Below the pieces are notes generated by a model. That model had not been told where the DNA came from. It searched no databases and saw nothing but the letters and a program-made list of their open reading frames with translations. The translations under genes and the position numbers were made by a program. 64,000 bases of DNA from an uncultured Arcobacter sp. (lineage in GTDB: Bacteria; Campylobacterota; Campylobacteria; Campylobacterales; Arcobacteraceae): positions 192,001 through 256,000 of the forward strand of contig OZ223300.1 of assembly GCA_965140705.1 (NCBI GenBank), given 5' to 3'. This document shows, one piece after another, positions 60,372-64,000 of this stretch. Every line of letters starts with the position of its first letter. Positions within the stretch are counted from its first letter, which is position 1.

Positions 60372-61790
60372 TTATTTATTTTTAGTAGAAAATATATTTT
60401 CAGCCCATTCAGTAATAGGGCCTCTAAGAACTTTTTGTAGTTCAATTGCAAATATATTTACCAAAGAAGATTCTGTTTTTGTAGACTTTAAAAGTGTAGT
60501 TAGTGAGTTTGTATATTTATTTACATAAAAGTTATCTATTTGTTTATTACTCCCTAGTATTACAACTTTACAAGTATTATCTATTCTAGAAAGAACCATT
60601 TGCATTGTTTTATTTGACATATTTTGTGCTTCATCAATAATTACAAATGCATTTGATAATGTTCTTCCTCTCATTTCTCCTACCCACATTGTTTCAATAA
60701 AATAGTTTTGAATCATTTGGTCAACTCTAGTTTTTAGTTCTTGCTCATCTATTTCTTGTTCTTCTTTACTCTTAGATGCTCTTCTTTTTTTATATTCAGA
60801 ACGAACTATATGATCAATACTATCCATTAATGGATGATTATATATTTTGAACTTTTCTTCAAGTCCTGGCAAGTATCCAACATCTTCACCTTTGTCCAAT
60901 GATTCAATTGAATTTCTTATGTATATGATTCTTTGATATTCTCTATTTTTAACTAATTTTAATGCTCCACTTAGAGCTAAAAGTGTTTTACCAGAACCAG
61001 CTTTTGCTTCTATAATTAAAACATTAAAATAGTGTTGAATGATTGCATTTGAGAAAAATAGTTGTTCTTTATTAAGTGGAGCAATTATTTGATTTCTTAC
61101 TTCATCTTCATTAAGAACTCTTATCTTTTCATTTTGAATTGAAGCAAGTACAACTTGGTCCGAACCTTTAACTTTGAAACAATAAGAAAAATTAGAAACT
61201 TTATATTCACTATCAAGTTCTTTTATATCTCTGTTTTCTATAGTCTCTAAATCTTCAAATTTTATTTGAATAGTTTTTATAAATTCATGAATAAAATCAT
61301 CTTTATTTGAGCCAATTAATGATTCCGCTTTTATGTCCAAAGATATTGCTCTTGTTCTTGCCATGATATCCATAGAAAGAAAAGTTGAATTTTTATCATA
61401 AAATTTTGTAGTGAATTTTGCTATTTCTAATATTCGTCTGTCATTTGCAATATTAGGAGCTGTTGTTTTTGTAACAAATTGATATTCAAGTTTTGAAATC
61501 ACATCAATAGAAATAGGGCACTCATTGTCTATTCTTAGTCTCACAATTTTGAAGTCATCTTCACTTTTTGTAAAAAGAATAGTTGAGTTTTCTAAGATTC
61601 TTGCAAACTCTCTAGCTTGAAAGTTTATCTCATCAAAACCACTTTTTTTTGCATCAATTTCATCTAGAACCGTTTCAGGCAAGATAATAAGATTTTTATT
61701 ATCATCAGATAATTTAAATATATTATTTGCATCTTCTAATAAGATATTTGTATCAAGTACATAGTATTTATCAAAGTTATCATTCTGCAT
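60372..61790 (-). CDS. PIN-PhoH fusion protein (PhoH2/YlaK family)
   Basis: YVLDTNILL PIN domain, AGSGKT Walker A, GYLPG, RGRTL and IIDEAQN. Confidence 0.92.
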   Translation of the reverse strand: MQNDNFDKYYVLDTNILLEDANNIFKLSDDNKNLIILPETVLDEIDAKKSGFDEINFQAREFARILENSTILFTKSEDDFKIVRLRIDNECPISIDVISKLEYQFVTKTTAPNIANDRRILEIAKFTTKFYDKNSTFLSMDIMARTRAISLDIKAESLIGSNKDDFIHEFIKTIQIKFEDLETIENRDIKELDSEYKVSNFSYCFKVKGSDQVVLASIQNEKIRVLNEDEVRNQIIAPLNKEQLFFSNAIIQHYFNVLIIEAKAGSGKTLLALSGALKLVKNREYQRIIYIRNSIESLDKGEDVGYLPGLEEKFKIYNHPLMDSIDHIVRSEYKKRRASKSKEEQEIDEQELKTRVDQMIQNYFIETMWVGEMRGRTLSNAFVIIDEAQNMSNKTMQMVLSRIDNTCKVVILGSNKQIDNFYVNKYTNSLTTLLKSTKTESSLVNIFAIELQKVLRGPITEWAENIFSTKNK

Positions 61791-62301
61791 TTTTTACTCT
61801 TTTTGGTTTCATTATCATATAAATTATAAATGCAAATAAAAGTATCATAGCTAAGGTAAAAGTAATTGATACAACTTTTACAATAACATAAGTAACAATT
61901 AGTATTGCAAATAGAGTTGGTATTTCATTATAAGCTCTAAAGAATTTTCCACTTCTTTTACACTTATTTTCTTCTAATTGTTTTCTAAAGTATTCTAAAG
62001 AAAATGAGTATAAAATAAGCAAAAATGCAACAGTTAGTTTTGCATGTAACCAAGCACCTGATTTAAAAAGTTCTGGTGACAAATATATCATTGTTGAACC
62101 ACTTATGATAGTTGTCCACATTGCAGGCATACCAATATATTTATATATTTTGTATTCTTGTATCTTTACTACATCTACAAAATCTTTCTTATCACTATTT
62201 TCCACATGATAAACAAAAAGCCTAGGTAGATAAAACAACATTGCCATCCAAGACAAAACTGATATAACATGAAACGCTAATATCCAACTATAATATTCCA
62301 A
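61780..62301 (-). CDS. hemJ: Protoporphyrinogen oxidase HemJ
   Basis: AFHVISVLSWMAMLFYLPRLFVYH, WLHAKL and FRAYNEIPT. Confidence 0.93.
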   Translation of the reverse strand: MEYYSWILAFHVISVLSWMAMLFYLPRLFVYHVENSDKKDFVDVVKIQEYKIYKYIGMPAMWTTIISGSTMIYLSPELFKSGAWLHAKLTVAFLLILYSFSLEYFRKQLEENKCKRSGKFFRAYNEIPTLFAILIVTYVIVKVVSITFTLAMILLFAFIIYMIMKPKRVKNAE

Positions 62302-63483
62302 TTACTTATCCTTTATTTTTTTAATCCAATCATCAAGAGTTTTTTCAAAACCTATACCTTTTGAATCATATAATCTCAAAGGTTCACTTAAATATTTTTG
62401 TTCAACATAACCACCAAAGTTATGAGGATATAAATAATCTTTATGAAAAGAGTCTATATTTTTTGGTATATTTAAGATTTTACCATTTTTAACTTCACTT
62501 ATTCCTTTATTTATTGCTTCATAGGCTGAATTAGATTTTGGTGAAGAAGCTAAATAAATGACACATTGTGACAATATAAAATTACTTTCTGGATATCCAA
62601 TTTTAGAAGTTGCAAGCATAGTACTAACAGCAAGATTTAGTGCATTTGGATTTGCATTTCCAATATCTTCACTTGCAAGAATAACTAATCTTCGTGTTAT
62701 AAATTCTACACTTTCACCACCTTCTATTAATCTTGAAAGATAATAAAGTGCTGCATCAATATCTGATCCACGAATTGATTTAATCATTGCACTTGCTAAA
62801 TCATAATGTGTATTTGAAGATGATACTCCATCTCCAATCACATTTTGTCTTAGTTCTTTTAATGTTTCACATGAAACATTTGTATCAACTTTGAAAGCAA
62901 ATTCAAGAAGATTTAGCATAGCTCTTGCATCACCTGATGAACTATTTATTAAATACTCTTTTGTTTCATCACTAAGTTTTGTATCTAATTTTATTTGTGC
63001 AACGTCTAATATTTTTGTTAAATCTTCCCTTGAGTGAGGTAAAAATTCAAATAAAAAACTTCTAGATCTTATTGCATTAGTCAAAGTGAAAAATGGATTT
63101 TCTGTACTAGCCCCTATAATTATCGCTTGATAGCTTTCCATAATAGGAAGTAAAACTTCTTGTTGATTTTTTGATAATCTGTGAACTTCATCTATAAATA
63201 CAATTGGTTTAATCAAACTATTATCATATTTACTAAATACTTTTCTCAAGTCTTCAATTTTTAAAGATGTTGCATTAAAATAAAAGTAATCTGTCTTGAT
63301 AGTTTTTGCAATGATTTTTGCTAAAGTAGTTTTCCCAGTTCCAGGTTTACCATAAAAAAAAAGGTGAGGAATCTCACCTTTTATGATTAGTTTATATAAG
63401 ACTTTGTTTTTTGATATTATATGATTTTGTCCTACAAAATCTTGAAGAGTATTTGGACGTAGTATTGAACTTAAATTAGTCAT
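62302..63483 (-). CDS. rarA: Replication-associated recombination protein A (AAA+)
   Basis: RP..L.DFVGQ, GKPGTGKTT, DEVHR, STENP, SAMIKSIRGSD and ASEDIGNA. Confidence 0.94.
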   Translation of the reverse strand: MTNLSSILRPNTLQDFVGQNHIISKNKVLYKLIIKGEIPHLFFYGKPGTGKTTLAKIIAKTIKTDYFYFNATSLKIEDLRKVFSKYDNSLIKPIVFIDEVHRLSKNQQEVLLPIMESYQAIIIGASTENPFFTLTNAIRSRSFLFEFLPHSREDLTKILDVAQIKLDTKLSDETKEYLINSSSGDARAMLNLLEFAFKVDTNVSCETLKELRQNVIGDGVSSSNTHYDLASAMIKSIRGSDIDAALYYLSRLIEGGESVEFITRRLVILASEDIGNANPNALNLAVSTMLATSKIGYPESNFILSQCVIYLASSPKSNSAYEAINKGISEVKNGKILNIPKNIDSFHKDYLYPHNFGGYVEQKYLSEPLRLYDSKGIGFEKTLDDWIKKIKDK

Positions 63484-64000
63484 TATCTTTTGAATGCAAA
63501 TAATCTTTTAAGTTTTTGTACTCTTCTCTTGTTAGATATCTGCTTTTACCAGTGGGTAAATTATTTAAACTAATTCCACCATATTCAACTCTTTTTAAAT
63601 CCATTACATCAAGTCCAAAGTGTGCAAAGAATCTTCTTAATTCTCTATTTTTACCTTCCGTAATTGCAACTTTCAATTTGGAAAAAGTATCTTTAACAGA
63701 ATCAATTTTATATCCTAAGAAAGGTGCAAAGTTCATTGATTTTACTTTACTATCTTTTCTTGCACCTTTAGTAGCATCTTCAAGTTCAAGACCATGTAAC
63801 ATAGCATCTTCAACTTGTTTGTTTATTGGTCCATTTACTTTTATTTTATATACTCTTTGTAAGTCAGAATGCATAAGGCCATTTGCAACGTCTACGCTGT
63901 CCGTGAGAAGCAAAACTCCCTCACTTGCATAGTCAAGTCTACCTATAGGTAAAAAGTGCTTATATTTAGCTCCTAGAGTGTCAAATATTATTCTTCTACC
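63476..64000 (-). CDS. rluB: RsuA/RluB-family pseudouridine synthase (5'-truncated by window edge)
   Basis: Frame open to the window end: ...PIGRLDYASEGVLLLTD; EGKNRELRR. Confidence 0.85.
   Translation of the reverse strand, partial: GRRIIFDTLGAKYKHFLPIGRLDYASEGVLLLTDSVDVANGLMHSDLQRVYKIKVNGPINKQVEDAMLHGLELEDATKGARKDSKVKSMNFAPFLGYKIDSVKDTFSKLKVAITEGKNRELRRFFAHFGLDVMDLKRVEYGGISLNNLPTGKSRYLTREEYKNLKDYLHSKDND

Noticed and set aside
1560..63932. Numerous short antisense or overlapping ORFs in the track (e.g. 1560-1934, 18477-18821, 26282-26725, 33613-34017, 63516-63932)
   Set aside because: Shadows of well-supported genes on the opposite strand or frame; no motifs or RBS.

Overview
AT-rich chromosomal window from a Campylobacterota bacterium. 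The nif genes, a dddY-like DMSP lyase and the gene style point to an Arcobacter nitrofigilis-like organism (inference, not a database result). In order, it holds: the end of a nitrogen-fixation cluster (nifB, then a sigma54-type operon nifV-GNAT-CCE_0567-BFD-like-LRR-nifQ); purB-nrdAB; a single putative abortive-infection gene bracketed by two large structured non-coding elements (one ERIC-like, one multi-stem with a possible pseudoknot); signalling and transport genes; a DMSP-cleavage module (dddY-acuI, divergent HxlR regulator, duplicated 44-bp operator-like sequence); a lactate utilisation island (LutABC, two-component system, TRAP transporter, Fe-S D-lactate dehydrogenase); accBC, a DEAD-box helicase, pit and asnB; and a minus-strand run (rluB-rarA-hemJ-PIN/PhoH-2-hydroxyacid DH-Phd-like-sdhAB-like) whose Sdh/Frd pair has no membrane anchor. 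No rRNA, tRNA, CRISPR array, integrase or transposase was recognised. All family assignments come from motif recognition by eye.
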